The position numbers were made by a program, and so were the translations under genes. From assembly GCA_963814115.1 (NCBI GenBank), contig CAWFBS010000008.1, forward strand, positions 430,155 through 494,154: 64,000 bases of DNA, in the 5' to 3' direction. The notes beneath the pieces are model-generated. The model made no database searches. It saw only the letters and a program-made list of their open reading frames with translations, and was not told the DNA's origin. Below, one piece after another: positions 28,990-38,282 of this stretch. The stretch is from an uncultured Chloroflexia bacterium (lineage in GTDB: Bacteria > Chloroflexota > Limnocylindria > Limnocylindrales > CSP1-4). The number at the start of each line of letters is the position of its first letter. Within the stretch, counting starts at the first letter, position 1.

Positions 28990-29948
28990 CCGATCTGTCG
29001 GACGACGCCCCGGCGACCGCACCGGCGACCGCGCTCCGACTTGCGCGGCTCCACCTCCGCACGGGCATGGTGCGCCTGGCTCGGCTAGAGCTCGAACAGC
29101 TGGCAGGTGTGGCGGCGCTCGACTCCGAGGGGATCCTGGACCTTGCGGAGGCCCGCTGGCGCACCGGCGACCTGCGCGGCGCCGCCGAAGCGGCAGGCGC
29201 CTGGCTCGACGCTCCGCAGGTCGCGGATGCCGGGGCGACGGGCCGATCGCGTGCCATGGCGCACGCAATCGTCGCAGACGGCCTGACCGTTCGAGGCCGC
29301 CACGAGGATGCCGCCCTCCACGTGACGGCTGCACTTGACGCACTCGCGGAAGGTTCCGGCGGGACCGTGGAGGCGGATCTCGACGACCTGTTCGCAGGGA
29401 TCCCCGCCCGGTCCGACACGTGGCCGGCCTTCGGGCAGAGCGCGGTTCGGGGTGACGTCACCCTGGCGCCGGGCCGGAGGGCCGCGGGTCGCCCGGCCGG
29501 CCGTCCGGCAGAGCGCACGGCCGAGGCGCGTCCGGAGCGCGAGGAGGCCGAACCGACGGTCGTCCCGCCGATGGGCCCGACGGCCGACGACACCATCGCG
29601 GCTGCCACCGAGCGGCTCCGCGCGCGCGATGACACCGCCGCTGCGGTCCTTCTCGTCCTGGCGCTCCGCACGACGCCAACCCGGGCCGACGAGATCCTCC
29701 AGCGCGCCGACAATGCGCTCGCAGCCCGTCCCGGGGCGGCACTCCTCCTCGCGCGGGCGGAGGCGCTCCAAGCGCTCGGCCGGACGGAGGCTGCCGCGAT
29801 CGCCTACGCTGTGGCGGATGCGCAGGCCCGGCGGGGCGAGGGGGCGCCGACTCCGACACTCGGCCCCGGCGCGGCTGGTCCCATCGATGCGCCGCCGGCG
29901 GTTCCGAGCGCAGCCTCTCCTTCCGATCCCGAATGGAGCTCGCCATGA
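28986..29948 (+). CDS. Hypothetical Ala-rich protein (possibly TPR-like)
   Basis: ATGA overlap with the M16 gene stop; its stop overlaps the ndk start. Helical, Ala/Arg-rich, no recognisable motif. Confidence 0.4.
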   Translation: MTDLSDDAPATAPATALRLARLHLRTGMVRLARLELEQLAGVAALDSEGILDLAEARWRTGDLRGAAEAAGAWLDAPQVADAGATGRSRAMAHAIVADGLTVRGRHEDAALHVTAALDALAEGSGGTVEADLDDLFAGIPARSDTWPAFGQSAVRGDVTLAPGRRAAGRPAGRPAERTAEARPEREEAEPTVVPPMGPTADDTIAAATERLRARDDTAAAVLLVLALRTTPTRADEILQRADNALAARPGAALLLARAEALQALGRTEAAAIAYAVADAQARRGEGAPTPTLGPGAAGPIDAPPAVPSAASPSDPEWSSP

Positions 29949-30403
29949 TCGAACGCAGCCTCGTCCTCATCAAGCCGGACGGCGTCCAGCGCCTCCTGGT
30001 CGGCCGGGTCATCACCCGCTTCGAGGATCGCGGGCTGAAGCTCGTTGGGCTGAAGCTCGTCCACGTCACCCGCGAGCTCGCCGAGCGCCACTACGCGGTT
30101 CACCGCGACAAGCCGTTCTTTCCCGGGCTCGTCGCGTTCATCACCTCGAGCCCGCTTGTCGCCATGGCAGTCGAGGGCCCGAACGCGATCGGGGTCGTCC
30201 GCTCGATGGTCGGCGCGACCCGGCCGTGGGAGGCCGCCCCGGGCACGATCCGCGGCGATCTTGCGCTCGAAGTCGCGCAGAATCTCATCCACGCTTCGGA
30301 CGGGCCGGAGACCGCCGATGTCGAGCTGAAGCTCTGGTTCCCGGAGGGGACCCTCGCCTACTCCCGCGAGATCGATCGCTGGGCGCTCGCTCCCGGAGGC
30401 TGA
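29945..30403 (+). CDS. ndk: Nucleoside diphosphate kinase
   Basis: ERSLVLIKPDGVQR, NLIHASD and the active-site H region. ATGA overlap with the upstream gene. Confidence 0.9.
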   Translation: MIERSLVLIKPDGVQRLLVGRVITRFEDRGLKLVGLKLVHVTRELAERHYAVHRDKPFFPGLVAFITSSPLVAMAVEGPNAIGVVRSMVGATRPWEAAPGTIRGDLALEVAQNLIHASDGPETADVELKLWFPEGTLAYSREIDRWALAPGG

Positions 30404-31957
30404 TCAGCCGCCCGCGACCGAGGGGAGCGCAGCCAGCCCGGGCAGGCGGGCCGCCGCCTCGATCCCGAACGCTCCTGCGGCGACCAGGCAGGCCAGCCCC
30501 GCCAGCATGAGCACCGCGAAGGCGCGGAGCGGGACGCGGTTGATCTCCAGGGCCGGCCTGGCGCTCCGCCCGGCCACCGCCACGAGAGTCCGAACCCGGC
30601 CCACGAGCGCGCGTGGGCCTGCGACTCTGCCCGACGGCACCGTCCCACTCCGACTCGCGGTTTCGATCCCAGGCGCCGAGGGCGCCGATGGCGCCGGGAG
30701 GCGCGGCAGCTCTCCGAGTGCCCCGGCAACCGCGGCGGAGGGGCGACCGGCCCCCACCGCGAGCACCCGGAATATCGCCACCCCCGTACCGAGCGAGCCG
30801 ACATAGGCGAGGAGGAACGCGGGCCCTGCGGTGGCGGACTGGAGCACGTCGAGCCTGGTGTCCCAAGCCAGCAGGCCAGGCCAGCCAACGACTGCGACGA
30901 GGATCCCGGCAAGGGCGACGCCAAGGGCCGGCGCGCGTCGCAGCCAGCCGCTCGCGTCGCGGAGGCGCCCCGTGTCGAACGCTGCGCGGAACGCGATCGT
31001 CCAGCCGATGAGCGCCGTCCTGGTCACGGCGAAGACGAGGAGCCAGGAGCGCGCCGCATCGCGGGCGGCTGGATCGAGGGCCGCCAGGGCGAGCAGGGCG
31101 AGACCCGCGTCCGCGACGATGGTATAGGCGACGACGTGCTCCACCTCGTCCTGGACGAGGGCGGCGAGAGCGCCGAACAGGAGCGTCAGGAGCGCGAGCG
31201 CGACGAGCAGGCCGCGCTCCAGGCCCAGACCGGGTGCGTACGGCCCGAGCGCCGTGGGTGCCCAGCCCACGATGATCAGTCCCCAGGCGGCCGGGAGCCA
31301 TGCGCCGAGGACGGGAAATGCTGCGGATGGCGCCGCGTCGGACAGGCGCGACACACGGGCATGGAGCGGAATCGCCCCGAAACGATGCGCCACCACGAGC
31401 GCCATGCCGACAAGCGCGAGGGCAGCGGCTGCCGGCTCGGCGACCCGGCCGCTGCCCGTCGTCGCAGGCACGATCGCGGCGGCGATGACGCCGACGACCG
31501 TACTGGTCGCGGCGCCGCGCAGCTCGCGCATGAGCGCCCGGACCCGCGAGGGTGCAGCGGGGCTGGCGAGCGCGAGGGTGGCGGCGGCCCCCGTCGCGGC
31601 GCCGGCCGCGAGCAGTGCCGCCGGCGCGCCCGACAGACCAAGGGCCAGGCCAACGCCCGCCGCGCCCCCGAGCAGCACCCCCGGCGCCGACGGCTGCCAG
31701 GTCGCGAGCCGGCCGACGATCAGGACGAGAAGCCCGCCGCCAAGACACAGGCTGAGCACGAGGCGCAGGTGGGCGTCCCCGGCGAGTGCTTCGGCTCCGA
31801 GCTGGAGCGGATCGTCGGTGCGGATCGCGATCGCCGCGGCGAGGGCCACGATCACCGCCGCGAATCCGACCACGGTTCCCAGCTGTCGCCTGCTGCTGGC
31901 GAGCGTCGCGACGACGACCCCGGCCAGCGCGACGGCCGAGAACGCGAGGACGCTCAT
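30404..31957 (-). CDS. Polytopic membrane protein, distantly NuoN/MrpD (proton-conducting antiporter-like subunit) like
   Basis: About 517 aa, 12+ TM helices. Segment VEHVVAYTIVADAGLALLALAA...LLVFAVTRTALIGWTIAF resembles the conserved NuoN/ND2 core pattern (LAYSSIxHxG...). ATG at 31957; the upstream RG-rich part of the ORF was rejected. The family call is tentative. Confidence 0.45.
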   Translation of the reverse strand: MSVLAFSAVALAGVVVATLASSRRQLGTVVGFAAVIVALAAAIAIRTDDPLQLGAEALAGDAHLRLVLSLCLGGGLLVLIVGRLATWQPSAPGVLLGGAAGVGLALGLSGAPAALLAAGAATGAAATLALASPAAPSRVRALMRELRGAATSTVVGVIAAAIVPATTGSGRVAEPAAAALALVGMALVVAHRFGAIPLHARVSRLSDAAPSAAFPVLGAWLPAAWGLIIVGWAPTALGPYAPGLGLERGLLVALALLTLLFGALAALVQDEVEHVVAYTIVADAGLALLALAALDPAARDAARSWLLVFAVTRTALIGWTIAFRAAFDTGRLRDASGWLRRAPALGVALAGILVAVVGWPGLLAWDTRLDVLQSATAGPAFLLAYVGSLGTGVAIFRVLAVGAGRPSAAVAGALGELPRLPAPSAPSAPGIETASRSGTVPSGRVAGPRALVGRVRTLVAVAGRSARPALEINRVPLRAFAVLMLAGLACLVAAGAFGIEAAARLPGLAALPSVAGG

Positions 31958-32595
31958 CGGGGCTCGGCGCCGGATCGGCTCGTGGCTGCCCGGCCCGCGA
32001 GCGCGCCATCCGGGATCGCGGTGCCGGCGGTCGCTGCCACGGCGCCCCGGATCAGCGCCGACGACGACGCGGCGAGCACCACGAGGGCGATCCCGGCCGC
32101 GATCCCCGTCAACGGGTCGGGCGTGCCGGCCAGCGCCTCCGCGACCAGGAAGGCGCCGTCGAGCAGAACGATGAGCGCCGCGCCGAGCCGGAACACGTCG
32201 CGCGTGACCGCGATCGGCCCGACCGCCACCACGACGGCGGCGAGGCCCGCCGCCAGCGCCGCATCGGGGCCGCCGCGGGGCAGCGACACGGCTGTCGCCC
32301 CGAGTCCCACGGCGAAACCCGCAGCTGCTGCGGCCAGCGCCGCGAGCGTGCCCAGCGGCGGCACGAGAGGCTCCGCCACGCGACGTGCCGCGGTGAACAT
32401 GAGGAACGCGGCCAGGATCCCGGCCGCCGCGCCGAAGGCGAGTGACAGGGGCTGGGGCAACGGGTCCGCCACGAACGGCGTGATGGCCAGCATGCCGGCG
32501 AGGCCAAGGGAGGCGATCCTGGGGTCGCGCGCCCCCGTCGCGACCGCCGCCCCGATGGCGGCGAGGGCGCCGGCGGCGACCAGGAGCGGCGTCAC
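31954..32595 (-). CDS. Hydrophobic membrane protein (213 aa), unknown function
   Basis: GTG start forming a GTGA overlap with the lepB stop. Its stop overlaps the ATG of the next membrane protein. Multi-TM, Ala/Leu/Gly-rich. Confidence 0.4.
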   Translation of the reverse strand: MTPLLVAAGALAAIGAAVATGARDPRIASLGLAGMLAITPFVADPLPQPLSLAFGAAAGILAAFLMFTAARRVAEPLVPPLGTLAALAAAAAGFAVGLGATAVSLPRGGPDAALAAGLAAVVVAVGPIAVTRDVFRLGAALIVLLDGAFLVAEALAGTPDPLTGIAAGIALVVLAASSSALIRGAVAATAGTAIPDGALAGRAATSRSGAEPR

Positions 32596-33197
32596 GGAAC
32601 GGCGGGGCTCGGACTCGCGACGGCGTTGCCGACGGGCGCGGGGTACGTGGGCGTTTGCAGGATTCCGAACGTCGAGAGCGGCCAGTAGCGCAGCCAGGCA
32701 CGCCCGATGACGTTGCTGATCGCGATCGTGCCGAAGGACCGGGAATCCGCCGACGCTTCGCGATGATCGCCCATCACGAACAGCTGGCCGCCCGGGACGA
32801 TCCATTGCGCCGGCTCCTGGGCCGCGGTCGTGGGCTGTCCCTCGTAGGTGTACGGCTCGTCGAGCTTCGTCCCATTGATCCAGACAGCCCCGTCCTTGAC
32901 CTCGATCGTGTCGCCCGGCAGCCCGATGACCCGCTTGATGAACGGCGTGTTCTCGGGTCCCTCTGACCAGCCGGCAGGAGGCTGAAAGACCACGATGTCA
33001 CCGCGGCTGTAGGGGTCGAAGCGCGGCGTCAGCTTGTCGACCAGGACGTACTGATCGGGCTGCAGCGTGTTCTCCATCGACATCTGCTCGACGCGGTACG
33101 GCTGGGCGACGAACGTCTGGATGACGAAGAAGATGATGAGGGTGAGGACGAGCGTCTCGACGATCTCGAAGAGACACCCAAGGGGGCGTCTGGTCAC
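32592..33197 (-). CDS. lepB: Signal peptidase I
   Basis: TM anchor, then catalytic motifs (box with S: MENTL; GDHREASADSR; VIGRAW). Start taken at GTG 33197; an upstream ATG at 33392 is possible. Confidence 0.8.
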   Translation of the reverse strand: MTRRPLGCLFEIVETLVLTLIIFFVIQTFVAQPYRVEQMSMENTLQPDQYVLVDKLTPRFDPYSRGDIVVFQPPAGWSEGPENTPFIKRVIGLPGDTIEVKDGAVWINGTKLDEPYTYEGQPTTAAQEPAQWIVPGGQLFVMGDHREASADSRSFGTIAISNVIGRAWLRYWPLSTFGILQTPTYPAPVGNAVASPSPAVP

Positions 33198-33386
33198 AAG
33201 TCCGGCAGTATAGGGGCTGGCGTGGGGCAACGCCCCGGGGCCGGACGGCGCCCCGGAGAATCGGAGGATGAACCCGGCGCGAGACCACCGGCCGGCGACC
33301 CGCGCGCTGGTGCGCCTTGCCCGACGCAGGGCGCGGCTTGGACCGTTTCGGGCGCCCCGTTCACCCGGGGATGAGGGCCGTCCGGA

Positions 33387-33442
33387 CTGCATATTCCGGG
33401 CCGCTATGCAGTTTGACCCTCGCGTGGACCGGAGGCTATCCT
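33387..33442 (+). promoter_or_regulatory. 7-bp perfect inverted repeat (CTGCATA-N11-TATGCAG) abutting a candidate promoter TTGACC-N18-TATCCT upstream of hppA
   Basis: Read directly. Palindrome at 33387-33411, -35 at 33413-33418, -10-like at 33437-33442. About 140 nt upstream of the hppA GTG. Confidence 0.35.
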
Positions 33443-33581
33443 TCGCGAGGCCCGCCCGCGCGATCTCATTGGACCAGCAGGGTGGGGCCCGCCCAGGCGA
33501 CCCAAGGTGTTCCTCGTCCCCGGCGCGACGGACGCGCTCGAGCGGGCGTACGTGCCCTGACAGGGAGGTCTCGCACCAGCC

Positions 33582-35807
33582 GTGGATTCAAGCTCGCTCC
33601 AACTTGTCATCCTGCCCGCCGGCCTGATCGCGGTCGGGTTTGCGCTGTATCTCGCCCGGGACGTCCTCCGGCGCGACACCGGCACGAAGGCCATGGAGGA
33701 CGTCGCGGCGACCATCTTCGAGGGAGCCGTCGCGTTCATCCGGCGCCAATACTCGACCATCGCGATCCTCGCCCTGGTCGCCGCGGTCGGGCTCGCGGTG
33801 CTCATCTCGGTGGCCGAGACGGCGAACGTCGCCGACACCAGCACGTACGGCGCGGCGCTCGGGATCCGGACCGGGATCGCGTTCCTCGTCGGCGCGGCGT
33901 GCTCGATGGCATCCGGGATCATCGGCATGTTCATCAGCGTGAAGTCGAACGTCCGGACCGCTGCGGCGGCCCGGCGCAGCCTCGTCGAGGCGGTCCAGGT
34001 CGCGATGCGGGGCGGCGCCGTCTCGGGCTTCCTCGTCGTCGCGCTGTCGCTGCTGGGCGTCTACCTCATGTTCGCCGCCTTCGGTGGCCTCAACCCCGAC
34101 ACGGTGAAGGACGCGCCGTTCCTCATCGTGGGCTACGGGTTCGGCGCGAGCTTCGTCGCGCTGTTCGCCCAGCTCGGCGGCGGGATCTACACGAAGGCCG
34201 CCGATGTCGGGTCGGACCTCGTGGGCAAGGTGGAGAAGGGGATTCCCGAGGACGACCCACGGAACGCGGGGGTCATCGCCGACCTCGTCGGCGACAACGT
34301 CGGCGACTGTGCGGGCCGCGGGGCCGACCTGTTCGAGTCCACCGCGGCCGAGAACATCGGCGCGATGATCCTGAGCGTAGGCGTCTACTACGTCGCCCTG
34401 AAAGCCGGCTGGGCGAACCCGGAGGCTTGGATCTTCTTCCCGCTCGTCGTCCGCTCGTTCGGGCTGCTCTCGACGATCATCGCGATGTACTTCGTCCGCG
34501 GCAGCGAGGACGAGAACCCCATGAACATCCTGAACCGCGGTTACTGGGTCACCACGATCCTCTCGGTGGTCTCGCTTGGCTTCGTCACGAACGTGATGAT
34601 GCAGACGGGCACCCAGACCGGCGCCAACGGCATCCCGACCTGGATCTGGTTCTTCGGGGCCGGCGTGGTGGGCCTGGCGACCAGCGTCGCGTTCGTCTAC
34701 ATCACCCAGTACTACACCGCGGGAACCTTCCGGCCGGTCAGGGAGATCGCCGAGGCCAGCAAGACCGGGCCGGCCACGAACATCATCATCGGCACCGCGG
34801 TGGGTTACGAGACCACGTTCGTGACGGCGGTCACGATCGGCATCGCGCTCTTCCTGAGCCACTGGCTCGGCTCCCAGGCCGGCCTGACCGACGCCGCGGG
34901 CGCCAATGTCGGCGGCATCTTCGGGACCGCGGTGGCGACGATGGGCATGCTGATGACCTGTGCCTACATCCTGGCCATGGACACGTTCGGGCCCATCACC
35001 GACAACGCCGGCGGCATCGCCGAGTTCAGCGGGGCAGAGGCGGGCGCGCGGGAGATCACCGACCGCCTCGACGCGGTCGGCAACACCACCAAGGCGCTCA
35101 CCAAGGGCTACGCGATCGCCTCCGCCTCGCTGGCCGCATTCCTGCTCTTCAGCGCGTACATCGACAAGATCAACCTGATCCTGGGTCGCCAGATCGCGGC
35201 AGGCAAGCAGGGCGTGACGCTGATGACGTCGGTGAACATGGAGAACGTCAACGTGTTCATCGCGGCGCTCATCGCCGCGATGCTCGTCTACTTCTTCAGT
35301 TCGCTGGCCATCCGGGCGGTGGGCAAGACCGCAGGCGCGATCATCGTCGAGGTCCGTCGGCAGTTCCGGGAGATGCCCGGGATCATGACCTACGAGCAGA
35401 AGCCGGACTACGCGCGCGTGGTGGACATCACGACCCGGGCCGCGCTCCGCGAGATGGTCGCGCCCGGCCTGGTCGCCGTCGCCACCCCGGTCATCGTCGG
35501 ACTGCTCCTCGGCTACGAAGCCGCGGCCGGCCTGCTCATGGTGGGCACGATCGCGGGCGTCCTCCTCGCCACCGTCCTCAACAACGGCGGTGGCGCGTGG
35601 GACAACGCCAAGAAGTACATCGAGTCGGGCCACCTCACCGACGACCAGGGGAACGTCCTGGGGAAGGGCAGCGATGCCCACGCCGCGGCGGTCGTCGGGG
35701 ACACGGTCGGCGATCCGTTCAAGGACACGGCCGGGCCGTCGCTCCACGTGCTCGTGAAGCTGCTGGCCACGATCACGCTCGTCCTCGCGCCGATCTTCAT
35801 CCGCTAG
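33582..35807 (+). CDS. hppA: K+-insensitive/‑type membrane H+-translocating pyrophosphatase
   Basis: 741 aa with 15-16 TM helices. Hallmark H+-PPase motifs GGG(I/A)YTKAADVGSDLVGKVE, DNVGDCAG and DNAGGIAE. GTG start with GGGAGG SD. Confidence 0.9.
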   Translation: MDSSSLQLVILPAGLIAVGFALYLARDVLRRDTGTKAMEDVAATIFEGAVAFIRRQYSTIAILALVAAVGLAVLISVAETANVADTSTYGAALGIRTGIAFLVGAACSMASGIIGMFISVKSNVRTAAAARRSLVEAVQVAMRGGAVSGFLVVALSLLGVYLMFAAFGGLNPDTVKDAPFLIVGYGFGASFVALFAQLGGGIYTKAADVGSDLVGKVEKGIPEDDPRNAGVIADLVGDNVGDCAGRGADLFESTAAENIGAMILSVGVYYVALKAGWANPEAWIFFPLVVRSFGLLSTIIAMYFVRGSEDENPMNILNRGYWVTTILSVVSLGFVTNVMMQTGTQTGANGIPTWIWFFGAGVVGLATSVAFVYITQYYTAGTFRPVREIAEASKTGPATNIIIGTAVGYETTFVTAVTIGIALFLSHWLGSQAGLTDAAGANVGGIFGTAVATMGMLMTCAYILAMDTFGPITDNAGGIAEFSGAEAGAREITDRLDAVGNTTKALTKGYAIASASLAAFLLFSAYIDKINLILGRQIAAGKQGVTLMTSVNMENVNVFIAALIAAMLVYFFSSLAIRAVGKTAGAIIVEVRRQFREMPGIMTYEQKPDYARVVDITTRAALREMVAPGLVAVATPVIVGLLLGYEAAAGLLMVGTIAGVLLATVLNNGGGAWDNAKKYIESGHLTDDQGNVLGKGSDAHAAAVVGDTVGDPFKDTAGPSLHVLVKLLATITLVLAPIFIR

Positions 35808-35819
35808 CTCGGAGGGCAA

Positions 35820-35858
35820 GGCGGGCCGGGCCCTGCAGGACCGGCCCGCCTCCGCGTT
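35820..35858 (+). terminator. Rho-independent terminator-like hairpin after hppA
   Basis: Perfect 10-bp stem GGCGGGCCGG / CCGGCCCGCC with an 11-nt loop, followed by a TCCGCGTTTC T-stretch. Located 13 nt after the hppA stop. Confidence 0.55.
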
Positions 35859-35860
35859 TC

Positions 35861-36688
35861 ATGGCCATCGCGTTCCAGGCGCTCGTGATCGGGATCGTCC
35901 AAGGGCTCACCGAGTTCCTGCCGATCTCGTCGTCCGCGCACCTGATCCTGGTCCCGTACCTGCTCGGGTGGACGGACCCGTTCGTCAACTCGCTGTCGTT
36001 CTCCGTGATGCTCCACCTGGGGACACTCGTCGCGCTGCTCGCCTATTTCTGGCGCGAGTGGGCGCGCCTCGTGCCCGCCGGCCTTGCCGCCCTGGGGGAG
36101 CGCTCGTTCGCTGGTGATCCGGACCGGCGGCTCGCCTGGCTGATCGCCGCGACGCTGCCGCCCGCCGTGCTGCTTGGCGTGCTGCTCAGTGACTTCTTCG
36201 CGGAGCAGGTGCGCCGGCCTCTGCTTGTCGCGCTGATGCTCGTCGTCGGGGCCGCGATCCTGTGGCTCGCCGATCGGCTCGGCCGGAAGACCGACGGGAT
36301 CGACCGACTCGGGTTCCCCGGGGCGTTCGTGATCGGGTGCGCCCAGGCGTTGGCCCTGGTCCCGGGGATCAGCCGGTCGGGGATCAGCATCAGCGCCGGG
36401 CTCGGCCTGGGGTTGAGCCGGGAGGCGGCCACCCGGTTCAGCTTCCTGATGGCGACCCCGGTGGTCGCCGGAGCTGGGACCTTCGAGCTCAGGAAGATGC
36501 TGACCGGCGAGGTCGCGGGCGACGTCAACGTTACGGCGGTCGGTATCGGGTTCGCCGCGGCGGCGCTCTCCGGGCTGGCCGCCATCCACGTCCTGCTCCG
36601 CTTCGTCCGGACGCACTCGATGGCCGCCTTCGTCGCGTACCGGCTCCTGCTCGCGGCGCTCGTCCTCATCGTCTTCCTGGCAGCCTGA
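35861..36688 (+). CDS. uppP: Undecaprenyl-diphosphate phosphatase
   Basis: 275 aa with 8 TM helices. BacA/UppP motifs (GLTEFLPISSSAHL, PGISRSG). Confidence 0.85.
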   Translation: MAIAFQALVIGIVQGLTEFLPISSSAHLILVPYLLGWTDPFVNSLSFSVMLHLGTLVALLAYFWREWARLVPAGLAALGERSFAGDPDRRLAWLIAATLPPAVLLGVLLSDFFAEQVRRPLLVALMLVVGAAILWLADRLGRKTDGIDRLGFPGAFVIGCAQALALVPGISRSGISISAGLGLGLSREAATRFSFLMATPVVAGAGTFELRKMLTGEVAGDVNVTAVGIGFAAAALSGLAAIHVLLRFVRTHSMAAFVAYRLLLAALVLIVFLAA

Positions 36689-36707
36689 CCGGAGCCGCGG
36701 GACCGCC

Positions 36708-37175
36708 ATGGAAGTCATGAAGCAGCTCCGCCAGCGGGCGATTCGCGACCTGGTAGCGCAACGCCCCATCCGCACCCAGCAGGAGCTGGCCGCGGCGCTC
36801 CGGGAGCGCGGCTTCCGGACCACGCAGGCCACGATCAGCCGTGACATCGCCGAGCTCGAGCTGATCAAGGTGGATCGCGAGGGCGTCGCCATCTACGCGC
36901 AGCCCGCCCGCCTGGCGGAGGCCGATCCGGGTGGCGAGGAGCGGCTGCGGCTCCTCTTCCGTGACGTCCCGGTGGAGCTCCGGGAGGCCGGCCTGCTCCT
37001 CATCGTCGTCACCCTGCCGGGGTCTGCCCACGCGATCGCGGCGGCCCTCGATCGGGCGCGCTGGCCCGAGGCCGCCGGCACGATCGCCGGAGACGACACG
37101 CTCTTCATCGCGTGTGCCGACCGGCGTGCCCTGGCGCGGCTGCGAGGGCGGCTGGAACGGCTGGCGGCGGGGTAG
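36708..37175 (+). CDS. argR: Arginine repressor ArgR/AhrC family
   Basis: N-terminal winged helix (TQATISRDIAEL) and C-terminal oligomerisation domain with the hallmark GTIAGDDT motif. No arg biosynthesis genes nearby. Confidence 0.8.
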   Translation: MEVMKQLRQRAIRDLVAQRPIRTQQELAAALRERGFRTTQATISRDIAELELIKVDREGVAIYAQPARLAEADPGGEERLRLLFRDVPVELREAGLLLIVVTLPGSAHAIAAALDRARWPEAAGTIAGDDTLFIACADRRALARLRGRLERLAAG

Positions 37176-37182
37176 GGGGACG

Positions 37183-37596
37183 ATGGCCGAGGGTCAGACC
37201 AGCGCACGCGGGGGCGGGCCACACACGTTCCACATGCTGGCAGCCGAGCGGTGGGCGGTGTGGCGCGATGGGCCGCCGAATGCCCTGTATGAGCCGGAGG
37301 GCTTTGCGGCCGACGGGTTCGTGCATTGCACGGACGGTGCCGGCCAGACGGTCGCAACGGCGAACCGGCACTACCGCTCGGATCCACGGCCGTTCGTCGT
37401 GCTGGAGTTGGACCTCGGCGCGGTGGGCGCGCCGTGGCGCTACGAGGATGCCAACCGCCGCTACCCGCACATCTACGGGCCGCTCCGCCGCGCCTGCGTC
37501 CGGTCCGTCGCGCCGCTTCTTCGCGCAGCGGACGGGAGCTTCACCGCGTTCGGCGGGGCATCGATTGTCGGCCCGGATGCGCCTTCCGTTCTTTGA
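37183..37596 (+). CDS. DUF952 family protein
   Basis: 137 aa. SD-like GGGGGA before the ATG. Pattern (HMLAAERW...GFVHCTDG...) resembles DUF952. Confidence 0.5.
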   Translation: MAEGQTSARGGGPHTFHMLAAERWAVWRDGPPNALYEPEGFAADGFVHCTDGAGQTVATANRHYRSDPRPFVVLELDLGAVGAPWRYEDANRRYPHIYGPLRRACVRSVAPLLRAADGSFTAFGGASIVGPDAPSVL

Positions 37597-37741
37597 CACC
37601 CCCACGGGCGGGGGCTATCATCCGCACCCGACCGGACTTCGGGCGCGCTCGCCGCGGGGCACCGCCCGGGGTTCTTCCGTTTGTGCCACGCCACCTGCCG
37701 GGAGGATCGACCCGCCCGGTCGTCAGAGGTTCGAACCCTCC

Positions 37742-38206
37742 GTGAACAGCAAGCCAACCTATCTGTCTCGCGAGGGCGAGTCCGGCCTCCGTCAGGAGCT
37801 CGACACCCTCGTCAACGTCCGCCGCGCAGAGGTTGCCGCTCGCATCCACGACGCGAAGCAGCATGGCGACCTCTCGGAGAACGCAGAGTACGAAGAGGCG
37901 AAGAACGAGCAGGCGTTCGTCGAGGGCCGGATCCAGACCCTGGAAGCCATGCTCAAGACCGCGGTGATCATCGAGAACTCGGGCTCGGATCACGCGGCGC
38001 TGGGCTCGACCGTGGTCGTGGAGAGCGTTGACGGATCGGAGACCTTCTCGATCGTGGGCTCTGCCGAGGCCCGCCCTGCCGACGGCAAGATCTCGAACGA
38101 GTCGCCCGTCGGGCGAGCCCTCCTTGGCCGCGCCGCGGGTGACCGGATCACGGTCCGACTCCCGAACGGGACCGACGTCACGTACACGATCACGAAGATC
38201 AGCTGA
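37742..38206 (+). CDS. greA: Transcription elongation factor GreA
   Basis: N-terminal coiled-coil with the acidic DLSENAEY tip motif and C-terminal FKBP-like domain. 154 aa, GTG start. Confidence 0.9.
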   Translation: MNSKPTYLSREGESGLRQELDTLVNVRRAEVAARIHDAKQHGDLSENAEYEEAKNEQAFVEGRIQTLEAMLKTAVIIENSGSDHAALGSTVVVESVDGSETFSIVGSAEARPADGKISNESPVGRALLGRAAGDRITVRLPNGTDVTYTITKIS

Positions 38207-38282
38207 GCGCGCGCCCCGCGACGCCGGGACGCACGGCCGGTGCGGCCCCCGCCCGGCGATCGAAAGGCCAGGGACGCACGCA

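Noticed and set aside
27331-29343. 670-aa minus-strand ORF antisense to the M16 peptidase
   Set aside because: The plus-strand M16 peptidase carries the HxxEH motif. The antisense ORF is RG-rich low complexity.
30285-32009. 574-aa and 765-aa overlapping minus-strand ORF versions with long Arg/Gly-rich N-terminal extensions
   Set aside because: Only the C-terminal hydrophobic parts look protein-like. The N-terminal extensions are out-of-frame overlaps or low-complexity, so start codons were moved to internal ATG/GTG with coupling overlaps.
33588-35819. 743-aa minus-strand ORF antisense to hppA
   Set aside because: hppA carries hallmark H+-PPase motifs. The antisense translation is Asp/Arg/Gly low complexity.
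33317-36688. 1123-aa plus-strand ORF spanning hppA and uppP
   Set aside because: It is in a different frame from hppA across most of its length, and only its last 275 aa (uppP) are real. The remainder is an open-frame artefact of GC-rich sequence.
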